A DNA stretch of 64,000 nt from Octopus vulgaris (Eukaryota), in NCBI GenBank assembly GCA_951406725.2, contig OX597814.1, positions 68,076,001 to 68,140,000 on the forward strand. The letters run 5' to 3'. Each line of letters starts with the position of its first letter. The first letter of the stretch is position 1. Under the pieces are notes generated by a model. That model did no database searches. It saw only the letters and a list, made by a program, of their open reading frames with translations, and was not told the origin of the DNA. Of the stretch, positions 1 through 12,030 are shown piece by piece. The position numbers and the translations under genes were made by a program.

Positions 1-273
1 GGTCAAGATCAAGTCTTTGACTAATGGTTGAAAAAGCTTTTGGTTAATATCGAAGCTGAATTGGATTTGAAAAGATCTGAGAAAAATGACTTTCAGAACA
101 CAATAGTAAATGCTAGCACCTAGGGAAAAAGTGAAGGTGATTTTCAAGAACAGATTGAAATTGGTGAAGGTTAGCTTAGCTTGCAATTCCTCACTGAAGA
201 AGGAATTGCAGATAAGTAGGGTAATCAAAGGTATTGAGATAGCGGAAGTTACAGAAGCACGGCCAGCACTTGT
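1..273 (-). other. Possible host exon (open frame running off the window edge)
   Basis: Minus strand has an acceptor-like 'gcttccatttttcag|' at 274-288, then 91 stop-free codons (TSAGRASVTSAISIPLITLLICNSFF...LKITFTFSLGASIYYCVLKVIF...) with hydrophobic stretches. No recognisable homology. Confidence 0.2.
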
Positions 274-662
274 CTGAAAAATGGAAGCTTAAGAACATTG
301 TCATCCATTATATAAGAATATATTCAGGCCTTGACATTTTCTCTCACTGTGAATATTTTCGATAATTCCGATCAACCACAATAAAGTCAAAGCACCAGAG
401 TAGCAAACAACTGAACTAAGCCGCTTTCTTTTCGCTAAAATGATTCTCTTTTATTTCGCTTTCACCAGCTTACAAACAGACGATATCACCATTTACGCAC
501 ATTTCAGAAAATATGTTAAGGTGGCAGATCCCGATTCACCTCTACGTTCAGATACTGAATAAAAACTACTACAATGCTAATGTTTACGGCAAAATAACTT
601 TCCATGTTATTAAGAAAAGGATATACAAGCGTTTAATATATTTTTACACTAGATGTTGTATA

Positions 663-792
663 AGCGCAGCAGTGGCTGTGTGGTGGGTGGCTTGCTTGCC
701 AACCACATGTTTTCAGGTTCAGTGCCACTGCGTCTTGTGGGTGGATTTGGTAGACAGAAACTGAAAGAAGCCCGCCGTATATATATATATAA

Positions 793-835
<43 letters not shown>

Positions 836-1040
836 TGTCTGTGTTTGTCCCCCCAACATCGCTTGATAACCGATGCTGGGTGTGTTTACGTCCCCGTAAC
901 TTAACGGTTCAGCAAAAGAGACCAATAGAATAATTACTAGGCTTACAAAGAATAAGTCCTGGAGTCGATTTGCTCGACTAAAGGCGGTGTTGAAGCATGG
1001 CCGCAGTCAAATGGCTGAAACAACTAAAAGAATAAAAGAC
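663..1040 (+). mobile_element. tRNA-derived SINE, family A
   Basis: A-box-like TGGCTGTGTGG, B-box-like GGTTCAGTGCC, internal (TA)n(TG)n, 3' tail ggcggtg..agcatggccgcagtcaaatggctgaaac plus taaaag repeats. Several copies in the window. Confidence 0.85.
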
Positions 1041-1470
1041 TAGAGTTTATTGTAATGGAGCTTGTTTTACACTTAGAACAATGGAAAATAACACCGTGAT
1101 TGTTATCCATACAACAGAATTTCAGCATTAATAGAAACATCCCCTTATTTATTCATTTACGTTTACTTTAACAGAGTGACCTCCTCCCTGCAACACCGTC
1201 GTTAAATGAAGACTATTTGTGTGTGCATTTTGCGTGTGTGAGTGTGTGCGCGCGCATATATGGGTGTGTATATCTATATATATGTACAAGATGATATTGT
1301 TGAATAACTTGGAAAAACAACAAAAACATTTAGTAACGTTAGTATTCCATTCAATTAGTAGAGGAAAATTTATAGATTCTTTTCAGTTGATTGGTGGAAC
1401 AAGCAGTTGAGACAAAACTTGAAGTCTCAGTCAACTCAAAGTTTTATACACTCATATATATATATGTATA

Positions 1471-2050
1471 TATACCAATTAAGGACTGCACATGAAAAGT
1501 TGACAGTCAACATGCTAGATATAGACGTCAAATCGCCATTCTCCACAAAAAGTTTATGTTCTCAGATCAAACTCATCAAAACCAAAGCAATAAACAAGTG
1601 AAAAATATACGAAATAAATATTTACCCATGTACTAAATTTAGTTTCAGCTGTTATTTTCCGCAAGGAAAAGTGCAGCATCATCAGCATGGTCCCATATAA
1701 AATGTAATTTGCTGGACTAAATGCCAACACGACACCAAAATATCGCGTGCATGGAGTCCGGCCTCTTACATTTGAAATATATATTTCAAATGCCTTTACT
1801 TTGGCGCGATGAGACCCGAGAAAACTAGCCTGCAGCTAATAGTTAGCAGCAGTTAATTTATCGGTTAGAGAACAAATATTTATAAAATTAAATTTAGGGT
1901 AAAAATTGATATTTATCAATTAGAACCAGTGGTCTAGCATATTAAAGAAAGAATCCGAAGATTAAAATATTTATATATACCAATTAAGGACTGCACTCGA
2001 AAAGTGGACAGTCAACATGCTAGATATAGACGTCAAATCGCCATTCTCCA
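1471..2050 (-). repeat. ~505-bp retrozyme/PLE-pLTR-like unit with ~75-bp terminal direct repeat
   Basis: tataccaattaaggactgca...aatcgccattctcca at 1471-1545 and 1976-2050. Contains the hammerhead at 1626-1690. Confidence 0.6.
1626..1690 (-). ncRNA. Type I hammerhead ribozyme
   Basis: Minus strand reads CCATG-CTGATGA-t[GCTG..TTTTCC ttgc GGAAAA..CAGC]t-GAAA-CTAAATTTAG-TA-CATGG: complete core, stems I-III, palindromic stem III, GUA cleavage triplet. Confidence 0.8.
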
Positions 2051-2305
2051 TTGTCGAGGGACAACAATCCCGAAACTACTTCGAGCGTATCACTCAGGCT
2101 TGCGAGGAAGGGATGGCCTCCCTTTGCAAATACTCCAAGGACACTGATATTGTGTCTAAAGCCAGCTTGAGACGAAGATCTCTTGGGGCTATAAAGCTAC
2201 AGTAACACCCCAGCCCCAATGTGGTTAGCCATGATAAGATGGCTTCTATAGTTTACATTATCGAGCGATTACTGTTTCAATCTCATTCTGAGATTTAATT
2301 ATGCC
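2051..2305 (+). repeat. Partial copy of the 357-bp hammerhead repeat family (see 44274)
   Basis: gggacaacaatcccgaaacta..cgagcgtatcactcaggcttgcgag...tctcattctgagatttaat aligns with about 44356-44600. Hammerhead core is degenerate here. Confidence 0.75.
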
Positions 2306-3227
2306 TATATATATATATATATATATTAGAAGAAATGAGGTACTCAGAAAATCGGATGGTTTATATTTACAGATATTTATTTATTTGTATATTACATTTT
2401 TATACATCATATAACTTAGATCCTGTATTACCGCTTTCTCCCATTCTTGTGGGGTTTTCAAATCAAACTAAGTTCCTGTGTGAAAAGTTTTGACCATTTT
2501 ATAGTGGTATTCAGTTTGTAGTGGTGGGGAGGAATATAAGACAGTACAAGAGGGTGATGGATGAGGAGAAAGTGAGAGAGAGAGAGAGCATGTGAGTATG
2601 TGTGTGTGTGTGTGTGTGTGTGCATGCGTGTGTGTTTGTGTTTGTATTTGGAATGAGTGCTAAAGAAAACGAGGGGAAGGGAGAGGGAAGAAGAAAATAA
2701 TTTTTTTGTTCTGCTGGACAGGATGCTTATTCCAAGGGGGATCTAAGATCTTGGGGGAAAAGAATTTCAGTTTTGACCATTTCATAGTGTTATTGAGTGT
2801 GTGGTGGCGGGGAGGTAGACCATAAATTATATTTCTTTTTATCATTGAGTGTGTGTGTTTAATGAGGGATGGTCAAATGGTTTTTTGGGTTTAGAGAAGA
2901 AGAATTCTTTTTATGATTGTTTTGTGGAGGTGTGTGTGTGTCTGTGTGTGCGTGTGTGTGTGTGTGTGTGAGTGTCTGTGAGTTTGGAGAAGGGAAGAGA
3001 GGAAAAAAGGAGGAAGGAGAAATAATTGTGTTGATATTTATACCACTATATATGTATATACATATATATACATAAAATATTAGAAAAAAACACATTTTAT
3101 CAATTCAAAATGAACAATTAATTTACATCATCTAGAAAATTGCATATCATAGAAAATTCAAAATTAAGATGACAATTAAACAGTAAAGATTAAGTAAATT
3201 GCAAAAATAATATAATGTATATAATAG

Positions 3228-3273
<46 letters not shown>

Positions 3274-3274
3274 C

Positions 3275-3690
3275 AAGCGAAGGAGTGGCTGTGTGGTAAG
3301 TAGCTTGCTAACAAACCACATGGTTCCGGGTTCAGTCCCACTGCGTGGCATCTTGGGCAAGTGTCTTCTGCTATAGCCCCGGGCCGACCAATGCCTTGTG
3401 AGTGGATTTGGTAGACGGAAACTGAAAGAAGCCTGTCGTATATATGTATATATATGTATGTGTGTATGTGAGTGTGCCTGTGTTTGTCCCCCTAGCATTG
3501 CTTGACAACCGATGCTGGTGTGTTTACGTCCCCGTCACTTAGCGGTTCGGCAAAAGAGACCGATAGAATAAGTACTGGGCTTACAAAGAATAAGTCCCGG
3601 GGTCGATTTGCTCGACTAAAGGCGGTGCTCCAGCATGGCCGCAGTCGAATGACTGAAACAAGTAAAAGAGTAAAAGAGTAAAAGAGTATA
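3275..3690 (+). mobile_element. tRNA-derived SINE, family A (near complete)
   Basis: gcgaaggagtggctgtgtggtaag..ggttcagtccc head; tail ggcggtgctccagcatggccgcagtcgaatgactgaaacaag(taaaagag)n. Confidence 0.9.
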
Positions 3691-3992
3691 CACTAAATGC
3701 TCCACTATATTAAATTATACATTGAAAGATTTGTCCTTCAATTTATGATGAGTAAAATTTCATAAAGTCCATGAAAAAGAGACTCCTCTGTTACAAATGA
3801 CAGAATACAAACCGACAACTACTGAGTCTGATCTTCAACTGATTTAGTCTAATATCTCACTGATTAAATAAATATTAAGTTTTATCACACAGGAGCAACT
3901 GGTTCCACAAATCAAAGTGAAATGGTTTCATTCAAATATTAGAATATCCTTTGTTCAATGTTGTATTTTCCAAAAATCAAAGCATGTGTAGA

Positions 3993-4061
<69 letters not shown>

Positions 4062-4126
4062 AATACAGTCCATACTTGAAAAAGAGACTTTCTTGTGTTG
4101 AATTTACCAATACATACATACATACA

Positions 4127-4191
<65 letters not shown>

Positions 4192-4342
4192 TTGGTTTGT
4201 GAAAGCACGTGGTTGAATATATAGAAAATAGTAAAAAGTGAAAAAACTACAGAAGGCTTAAAGGTTAAAAAAAATATATATTTGCGTCAATATGTCTGAA
4301 GAATATTAAAAAAAAATTTTTCCTTACAATGACACAGTTTAG

Positions 4343-4382
4343 AAGAAAGACCGGTTTCGCGTTTAGCTTTTCAAATTTCTTA
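4343..4382 (-). ncRNA. Minimal hammerhead in PLE pLTR (U3/A8 core variant)
   Basis: AAGAAA-t-TTGAAAA-GC taaac GC-GAAA-CCGG-TC-TTTCTT. Mutated paralogues at about 4654-4692 (+) and 8413-8451 (+). Confidence 0.6.
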
Positions 4383-4881
4383 CGACGTTATGTTTATGTT
4401 GAATAGAGTTATCGTTATGTTTATGTTTAAAAGAGTTCTAAATAAGGGGAGGTAATGAGTGATTTCTTCCGGTGTAAGGGAGATAATTGCTTAAAAATGT
4501 TTTCCTTTCCCTTGGTGTGAATTTCTCTGTATCAGTATGTTGGCATGGTTAAGTCTGGGCTTGTACTTTTCAATGAAGAATGTTTCCTTGTTTAGTCTAA
4601 TTTGTGTTGATGATCCGATAGCACATTGGTAAAATTCATAAACATAACGTCGTAAGAAATTTGAAAAGCTAAACGCGAAACCGATCTTTCTTCTAAACTA
4701 TGTCATTGTAAGGAAAAAAATTTTTTTTAATATTCTTCAGACATATTGACGCAAATATATATATATTTTTAACCTTTAAGCCTTCTGTAGTTTTTTCAAT
4801 TTTTACTATTTTCTATATATTCAACCACGTGCTTTCACAAACCAACTTTCTTATCTATATATTAAACACGTGAGACCGAAA

Positions 4882-7800
4882 ATGCCACAGAAGACCAACA
4901 CCTCGGATAAAACTACAAATGAGGACATACTCAAAGAACTGAAAAGTATCAATACATAGCTCATTACCCTGAACAACAAAATCGAGGAATCAAACCTACT
5001 CGCCCGGGAAAGTAAAAGCAGTGAAGATACAACTCGCTACACTGACCAGGTTAGTAAGGATCTGCAACTGTTATACACAACACTAAATTCAATTTTCATC
5101 AACAAATCCGAAAATAAAAGACACATACCAAATGAAACACAGCAGGACATCATACGCACCCAAATTAACCCAGCAAAAAGAAAAATAGGAAACATTTGGA
5201 ATACAAACCTGCACAATAGAAAACTCGCCTTCTGGAACATGATAAAACATTCCAACAAAGCAGATATATACGAGGGATGGATGAACTCAACACCAATTAT
5301 CCTCCCACGCAAATTCCAGATAAAATTAATTCCTAACGAGCCTGACGGACAGAGAACTATTAGGGAAAAGTCAGCTCTGTCCAATTTAAGATCAGAAATA
5401 GAGCTTTTAAGACTAAGGGCCTCCACAACTGAGGAAAAATTTAAAAGCATCGACGAAGAGATGCACAATATAATACAAAAACATACCGAGAGACAACCCC
5501 TCGAAAATACATTAGATCATTGGAAGGATACCTGTGAAAAAGAAGAGAGAAATTCTCTCCTGCGCTGGGAGAAAAACATCGATTTCTTCCAAAAATATAG
5601 TTCAACTTTCAAAAATGATTTGGGTGCAAATAATCCCTTCCTTAAGAAAATTACAAAAAATAAAAAAGAAAAACCAAACAACCCACGAACAACCCCCAAC
5701 TATCCTCCATACACTAAAAACAGAAATCACCCACAACCAACCTTTGCAAACCAAGCAAGACCTAACAGGGAACTAGCTGACAGACGACGCGTCTATGAAA
5801 TAAATTACACCAAAAACAGAACACACCAACAACATCCTAATACCAGACCCAACCACCATACAGCTCAAAATGACACTAGAATAAGAAATACACCACACAC
5901 AAGTCGCTACTACCCCATGAACCAAAATTACTGGTCCCCACTGAACACAAGATAAACGCAAAAAAACACTATGTCAAGCAACATCCCACATACAAGCAGT
6001 TCCAAACAAAAATATTTCACATACAGAAATTTTACACACACCACAAACAAAAACAACCATAGATTCCCCCCCACACACAACGATCGGGGTCAACAATACC
6101 ACCATTCCCCTGATCCAATATCACACAACCTCACAGACAACTCATACAAACAAAATTACACCCAACATTTTTTAGCCAGGGACCAGAGACACCAGGACAC
6201 AGGCTGGAACCTAGTAATAAGGAAAAACCGAAGATAATCAATCTTTCAACCAAACCTCTTTCTAACATAAAAATTGACATCCTCTCAAAAGGGCTCAAAT
6301 TTACACCAACTCCACGCAGAGCCAACCTAAATGAAATCAAGGATAATATAACAGAATTTTGCAGAAAATTAAGACTAGCAGAAACATCAACCAGTTTCAA
6401 TACTGAAGAGGAATCACTAGTCAAGAACAAAAGTGAACACATCCCACACAGAGGAAGAAATAAAGATCTTGATGAATTCTGTAACCACATTGAGAACTTT
6501 CCCTACCATACTAAACATAAACAGAAAGTTAACTCAAATTTTAACACTACACAATGGAAGGAACTGATAGAACTTCAAAATGATGAGGATATAACCATTA
6601 AGGAAGCAGACAAGGGAAATGCAGTTGTAATAATGGATACATCATACTATAGAAATCTTGTAATTTCCTTGCTTGATGACGACCTACATTATGAAAAAAT
6701 TACCAACTACACCCCACAAAAAATAATGAAAACTCTATCTTCACTAATTAAAACCCATGAAAAGGAACTAACAACCAAAGAGAGTGACTTTCTAACAAAC
6801 TTTAAATGCAAACCTAGCCTTTTCTATGGTCTACCAAAAATTCATAAAAGCCAAATTATAAATGAAACCATTAAAAAATCACCAAAGACATACATACACA
6901 CACCTAACCCAGGGGACCTAAAACTACGACCCATTGTAGCTGGCCCAACCTGTGAAACACACAGACTAAGTCTATTTATGGACATCCTCCTGAAACCCTT
7001 CCTTAAACATATCGATAGCCATATCAGAGATGACTTAGACATGTTAAACCACCTTCCAAAAAAAAAGCCAAGGAAGAAACAATCCTGGTTTCATTTGATG
7101 TAGTTAACTTATATACCAGTATACCTCATAATTATGGACTAGAGGCAATACAGTTCTGGCTGGACCAATTTCCGGAAGAAATACCAAAAAGGATCAGTAA
7201 AGAATTCATTACTAAATCAATTGAATTCATCCTACATAATAACCACTTCATGTTTGACAATACATTTTACCGTCAAAAATCCGGAATTGTTATGGGTACA
7301 AGGGCAGCACCAGTCATTGCGAACCTAATAATGGGCTACATGGAAATAATCATTTACCAGGAATCTTTATCAACCTTTGGAAACCCCTTTCTCAATACAT
7401 AAAAGAGAATTGGAAACGATTCTTAGACGATTGTTTTATACTCTGGAATGAAAACACAGATAAACTCCTAAAATTTAAAAACCTATTGAACAGCATAAAC
7501 CCAAATATACAGTTCACAATGGAATACAACCAAAAGGAGCTCCCGTTCTTGGATATACTAATTAAAAAAATTAACCTTAAAATAGAAACAGAAATCAACT
7601 TAGAAACTTTAAGAAAAATTCAACACAACAACACACCTTCCCCGAAAATACTACCTTACATATCTACATACAACCCCAGAAACAAAGAAGCCTTCACCAT
7701 CATCACCCAGAATTTACCAATACTTCATAAGGACCCCAAATTAAAGGAAATTCTAAACATACACCAAATCATTAAAAGCTACAAACAACCTAAATCACTT

Positions 7801-8367
7801 AAAAAGATTCTCACAAAGGCAAAATTGTTTTCTGAAATTACGGATGCAAAAGTTAAAAAATGTGGTAGATCGAACTGTGCAACATGTCCAAACCTGCTAG
7901 AAGGATCAGAATTCCTCTTTAAAGAGGGACAGAAATTCAAGATAAAATCTAACTTTACTTGTGCCTCTGAAAACATAATTTATGTCATAAAATGCTCGGG
8001 CTGCCACCAAGACTACGTGGGATCCACGGGACTATCACTCAGACGTAGATGCACACTGCATCGACAACAGATTGCATTCCCAGAATACAGAATGATACCT
8101 TTCAGTGAGCACATTGAGAAATGCGCAAAGCAACTACTACCACAATTTTTAATCTTTCCATTTTACCAATGTGCTATCGGATCATCAACACAAATTAGAC
8201 TAAACAAGGAAACATTCTTCATTGAAAAGTACAAGCCCAGACTTAACCATGCCAACATACTGATACAGAGAAATTCACACCAAGGGAAAGGAAAAAATTT
8301 TAAGCGATTATCTCCCTTACACCGGAAGAAATCACTCATTACCTCCCCTTATTTAGAACTCTTTTAA
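4882..8367 (+). pseudogene. Penelope-like RT/GIY-YIG polyprotein, frameshifted
   Basis: LFYGLPKIHK, LRPIVAG, LVSFDVVNLYTSIP, YRQKSGIVMGT, WKRFLDDCF, INPNIQFTME..LPFLDI, CGRSNCATC, IIYVIKCSGCHQDYVGST. Several stops and frameshifts, plus an apparent deletion after KINLKIETE. Confidence 0.9.
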
Positions 8368-8586
8368 ACATAAACATAACGATAACTCTATTCAACATAA
8401 ACATAACGTCGTAAGTAATTTGGAAAGCTAAACGCGAAACCGGTCTTTCTTCTAAACTATGTCATTGCAAGGAAAACAATTTTTTAATATTCTTCAGACA
8501 TATTGACGCAAATATATATATTTTTTAACCTTTAAGCCTTCTGTAGTTTTTTCACTTTTTACTATTTTCTATATATATATATATAT

Positions 8587-11418
8587 GGGGACCTCACACC
8601 CCAGGTCCTTTTGTCATACTCAAACTCGGTGTGTGACACACTAATTGTACACATAAGGCAACTTGATGTAGTTGTGTGTGCTACATATCGCCCTCCAGAT
8701 GCCCCAAGTCATATGGGCAAATTTGAGGACTGCCTTTTAAAAATAGAAGAAGTTCTAACCACATTAGAACAACACATAAGTGTACTTCTCATGGGAGACT
8801 TCAATCTACCGAATGTCAGATGGCCCGAGGGCCTTTCTCTCCCAGGAATGACAAGATGTGAACGAGGACAGGCGAGGTCCCTCCTGAACCTCACCAACAC
8901 CCTGTACATGGAGCAAGTAATACTCCAACCAACCAGAGCAGGTAACACACTGGATCTCTGCTTCACAAATAATATGGATCTCATCCATAATGTGAAAGTG
9001 ACACCGACACTACTCTCGGATCACAACATGGTAGAGCTGACCATGTACGGGCCAAAAGAGAGCACGGACATGCAGCCTACAAGAAACCCTCAGAATCTTT
9101 CCAGCTTGAACTTCAATAAGGCAAACTGGAAACAAATTGAGAAAGAGATCCTCAAACAAAACTGGCCTGAATGTCTCTCCTCGCCGGACATCGACATGAT
9201 ACTCCAACAATTCATGTCTGTAATGCAAGCCATATGCTACAAATGTGTCCCAGAGAGAAAGGCCACTGTACACAAGAACAAAATCCCCAGAGAGAGGAAA
9301 ATTTTAATGAGACGGCGTACAAAAATTTCAAATCGCCTAAACAAACAAATTGAAAGCAGTGAAAAGTCCCGCCTGAAAATAAAACTGTTGGAAATTGAAA
9401 ATTGTCTGCAACTCTCCCATGAGAAGGAAAGAGCAGACAAAGAAGCCTGGGCTATAGACAACATAAAAACTAACCCCAGAGCTTTCTACAGGTATGCCAA
9501 AGAAACAGCTACGGTGCACTGTAGGATAGGGCCACTCCTTGAAAAGGATGGCACACTCACAGGAAAACCAATGAGGGTAAGTGAAATACTGAATGAACAA
9601 TTCAAGAGTATTTTCACTCCACCCCTTGGGCATTTCCAAATCAGCAATCCAACTGACTTCTTTACCACTGCAGATATAGAATCAGAGGCGGCGACGATAA
9701 ATTACATCGATATAAAGGAAGACGATGTAATAAAGGCTATAGATGAAATGAAAACAGACTCAGCTATTGGCCCCGATGGATTCCCGGCAATCCTCCTAAA
9801 AGTATGTAAGAGAGTCTTAGCAAGACCACTGCAGTTCCTCTTTCAGAGCTTCCTTGCAGCTGGCAAACTTCCAAGAAAACTGAAGGAAGGTAAAATATGC
9901 CCTATTCATAAAGGAGGTAGCAGAGCGGAGGCCAAGAACTACAGACCTATCTCTCTGACCTCACACATCAGCAAGGTCATGGAACGAATAGTCAGAAGGA
10001 AACTAATCACCTTCCTTGAAGAAAATAACTTGCTGCCTGACACCCAACATGGTTTCCGACCAGGAAGAAGCTGCTTAACTCAGCTCCTGCAGCACTATGA
10101 CTGGGTGCTGAAACAACTGCTCAACCACTCAAATGTGGAAGTCATATATCTCGACTTCGCAAAGGCCTTCGATAAAGTCGATCATGGAATGATATGTCAC
10201 AAACTGCGTGACCTTGGCATAGTTGGAAAACTAGGAGAATGGCTTCACGACTTTCTGAAGAATAGAAGTCAGGTGGTAGTAGCCAATGGGGCCACTTCCA
10301 TTAGCACGCAAATAGTGAGCGGTGTTCCACAGGGCACTGTTTTGGGACCACTACTGTTCATAATGGCCCTCTCAGACATGCCCTCAGCCACGCGGAGAGC
10401 CACGATCACAAGTTATGCAGATGATACAAAAGTTTCACAGGCAATACAGAACCCTGAAGACACTAGGCACCTGCAATATGAGCTGGACGAAATATACAAG
10501 TGGGCTGAAAAGAATAGCATGCAGTTCAATGCTGAAAAGTTTCAAGCTTTATACTATCAGCATGCAAAACTGAATGCAATACCCAAGGAATACACTGGAC
10601 CCGGAGGGATTGCAATCCCAGAGGCACAATCAGTGCGTGACCTGGGTATTCACATGAGTGATGACGCGACCTTTCATGTACATGTTGCTAAACTGACAAT
10701 GAAATGCAGACGGCTGGCTGGATGGATTCTTAGAACCTTTAGAACAAGAGAACAAGAAACCATGATGGTCCTCTGGAAGACACTTGTCCTAAGCCACTTT
10801 GACTATTGCTCTCAGCTATGGTCACCATCCAGTGTCAAGTTGATCACAGAACTTGAGGCGATCCAACGAAGCTACACGAAGAAGATAGCCTCTATGCAGA
10901 ATGTAAGCTACTGGGAAAGACTCAAGAGATTAAAATTATATTCCCTGGAGCGTAGGCGGAAAAGATATGCCATAATATACATCTGGAAGATCCTGGACGG
11001 AAGTGTCCTGAACTTTGGCATCGAGAGTAACGCAAATGCCAGAACTGGGCGCCACTGCGTGGTGCCTAGGACTCCAAACTTGCCATCAAGATGTAGGACA
11101 AGATTCTGTGATAGCCTGGGCTTCCGAGGCCCACAGCTCTTCAATATCCTCCCGAAGAACCTGAGAGACCTGCATGGGGTGGATACAGATGTCTTTAAAA
11201 TGGAGCTGGATCTCTTCCTGTCAGATGTCCCAGATGAACCAACTTCACGGCAGGAGGGGCAGATGAGGGCAGCTGCATCGAACTCTCTCATACACCAAAT
11301 AGCAGTTGCTAGAAAGCCTCCATGAAGTGAAACCAAGTAGCAACACCAAATGGCGGTGCCCCAGCATGGCCACAGCTCATAAGCTGAAACTAGAATCAAT
11401 CAATCAATCAATCAATCA
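8587..11418 (+). mobile_element. 5'-truncated CR1-like LINE with (ATCA)n tail, inserted in (TA)n
   Basis: APE-RT ORF, short 3'UTR with stem-loop, tail atcaatcaatca, (TA)n on both sides. Confidence 0.9.
8611..11325 (+). CDS. CR1-like ORF2 (C-terminal APE endonuclease + reverse transcriptase), 904 aa uninterrupted
   Basis: TYRPP, MGDFN, LDLCF, LSDH; NYRPISLTS, QHGFRPGRSC, YLDFAKAFDKVDH, GVPQGTVLGP, YADD, RDLGI, DYCSQLWSP, YSLERRR. N-terminus missing. Confidence 0.9.
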   Translation: MSYSNSVCDTLIVHIRQLDVVVCATYRPPDAPSHMGKFEDCLLKIEEVLTTLEQHISVLLMGDFNLPNVRWPEGLSLPGMTRCERGQARSLLNLTNTLYMEQVILQPTRAGNTLDLCFTNNMDLIHNVKVTPTLLSDHNMVELTMYGPKESTDMQPTRNPQNLSSLNFNKANWKQIEKEILKQNWPECLSSPDIDMILQQFMSVMQAICYKCVPERKATVHKNKIPRERKILMRRRTKISNRLNKQIESSEKSRLKIKLLEIENCLQLSHEKERADKEAWAIDNIKTNPRAFYRYAKETATVHCRIGPLLEKDGTLTGKPMRVSEILNEQFKSIFTPPLGHFQISNPTDFFTTADIESEAATINYIDIKEDDVIKAIDEMKTDSAIGPDGFPAILLKVCKRVLARPLQFLFQSFLAAGKLPRKLKEGKICPIHKGGSRAEAKNYRPISLTSHISKVMERIVRRKLITFLEENNLLPDTQHGFRPGRSCLTQLLQHYDWVLKQLLNHSNVEVIYLDFAKAFDKVDHGMICHKLRDLGIVGKLGEWLHDFLKNRSQVVVANGATSISTQIVSGVPQGTVLGPLLFIMALSDMPSATRRATITSYADDTKVSQAIQNPEDTRHLQYELDEIYKWAEKNSMQFNAEKFQALYYQHAKLNAIPKEYTGPGGIAIPEAQSVRDLGIHMSDDATFHVHVAKLTMKCRRLAGWILRTFRTREQETMMVLWKTLVLSHFDYCSQLWSPSSVKLITELEAIQRSYTKKIASMQNVSYWERLKRLKLYSLERRRKRYAIIYIWKILDGSVLNFGIESNANARTGRHCVVPRTPNLPSRCRTRFCDSLGFRGPQLFNILPKNLRDLHGVDTDVFKMELDLFLSDVPDEPTSRQEGQMRAAASNSLIHQIAVARKPP

Positions 11419-11432
11419 TATATATATGTATG

Positions 11433-11496
<64 letters not shown>

Positions 11497-11659
11497 GATA
11501 TATGTATGTATGTATATATGTATATAGGTACACAACCGCACATATATGAAGAAGAAAGAGAGAAAGTGAGAGAGAGAGAGAGAGAGAGAGAGTGTGTGTG
11601 TGTGAATGGAAGAGACCGTGTACAAGATAGAAAAAAGGACTACAGAGGGACATAATTTG

Positions 11660-11948
11660 TGCCAAGTACTTAATACAGAAACGTATACCCTTAACGTAGT
11701 TATCGGAGCGATTTAGCGTGACACAGAGTGTGACAAGGCTGGTCCTTTGAAATACAGGTACAACAGAAACAGGAAGAAAAAGTGAGAGAAAGTAGTGGTG
11801 AAAGAGTACAGCAAGGTTCGCTCCCACCCACCTGCCGGAGCTTCATAGAGTTTTAGATATTTTCGCTCAATAAATACTGACAACGCCCGGTCTGGGAGTC
11901 CGCTGCCCTGTCCGCTGCCCTAACCACTGGGCCATTGCGCCCTCCACT
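11660..11948 (-). mobile_element. tRNA-derived SINE, family C
   Basis: Reverse complement begins gtggaggcgcaatggcccagtggttagggcagcggac (tRNA-like A box). Inverted partner at 13284-13440. Confidence 0.7.

Positions 11949-12026
<78 letters not shown>

Positions 12027-12030
<4 letters not shown>

Larger units (their letters stand above)
4190..8575 (+). mobile_element. Penelope-like element (RT + GIY-YIG; Neptune-like Cys linker) with pseudo-LTRs and inverted 5' extension
   Basis: 4190-4635 is the reverse complement of the element's 3' end (from about 8160) plus the pLTR. Forward pLTRs at about 4636-4847 and 8390-8575. Flanked by (TA)n/(GA)n. Confidence 0.9.

Noticed and set aside
653-925. Many short ORFs rich in YI/CV/TH/MYVC/L/I repeats (also 11306-11827, 17779-18279, 19663-20580, 21284-21622, 50042-50345, 52397-52842, 62732-63142)
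   Set aside because: Translations of microsatellites and SINEs, not genes.
2424-2466. Possible minus-strand hammerhead (TTGAAAA-CCC..GGGA-GAAA-GCGG-TA)
   Set aside because: Stems I and III pair too poorly to support a call.
3275-3345. tRNA genes
   Set aside because: A/B-box motifs belong to SINE heads; no full cloverleaf.
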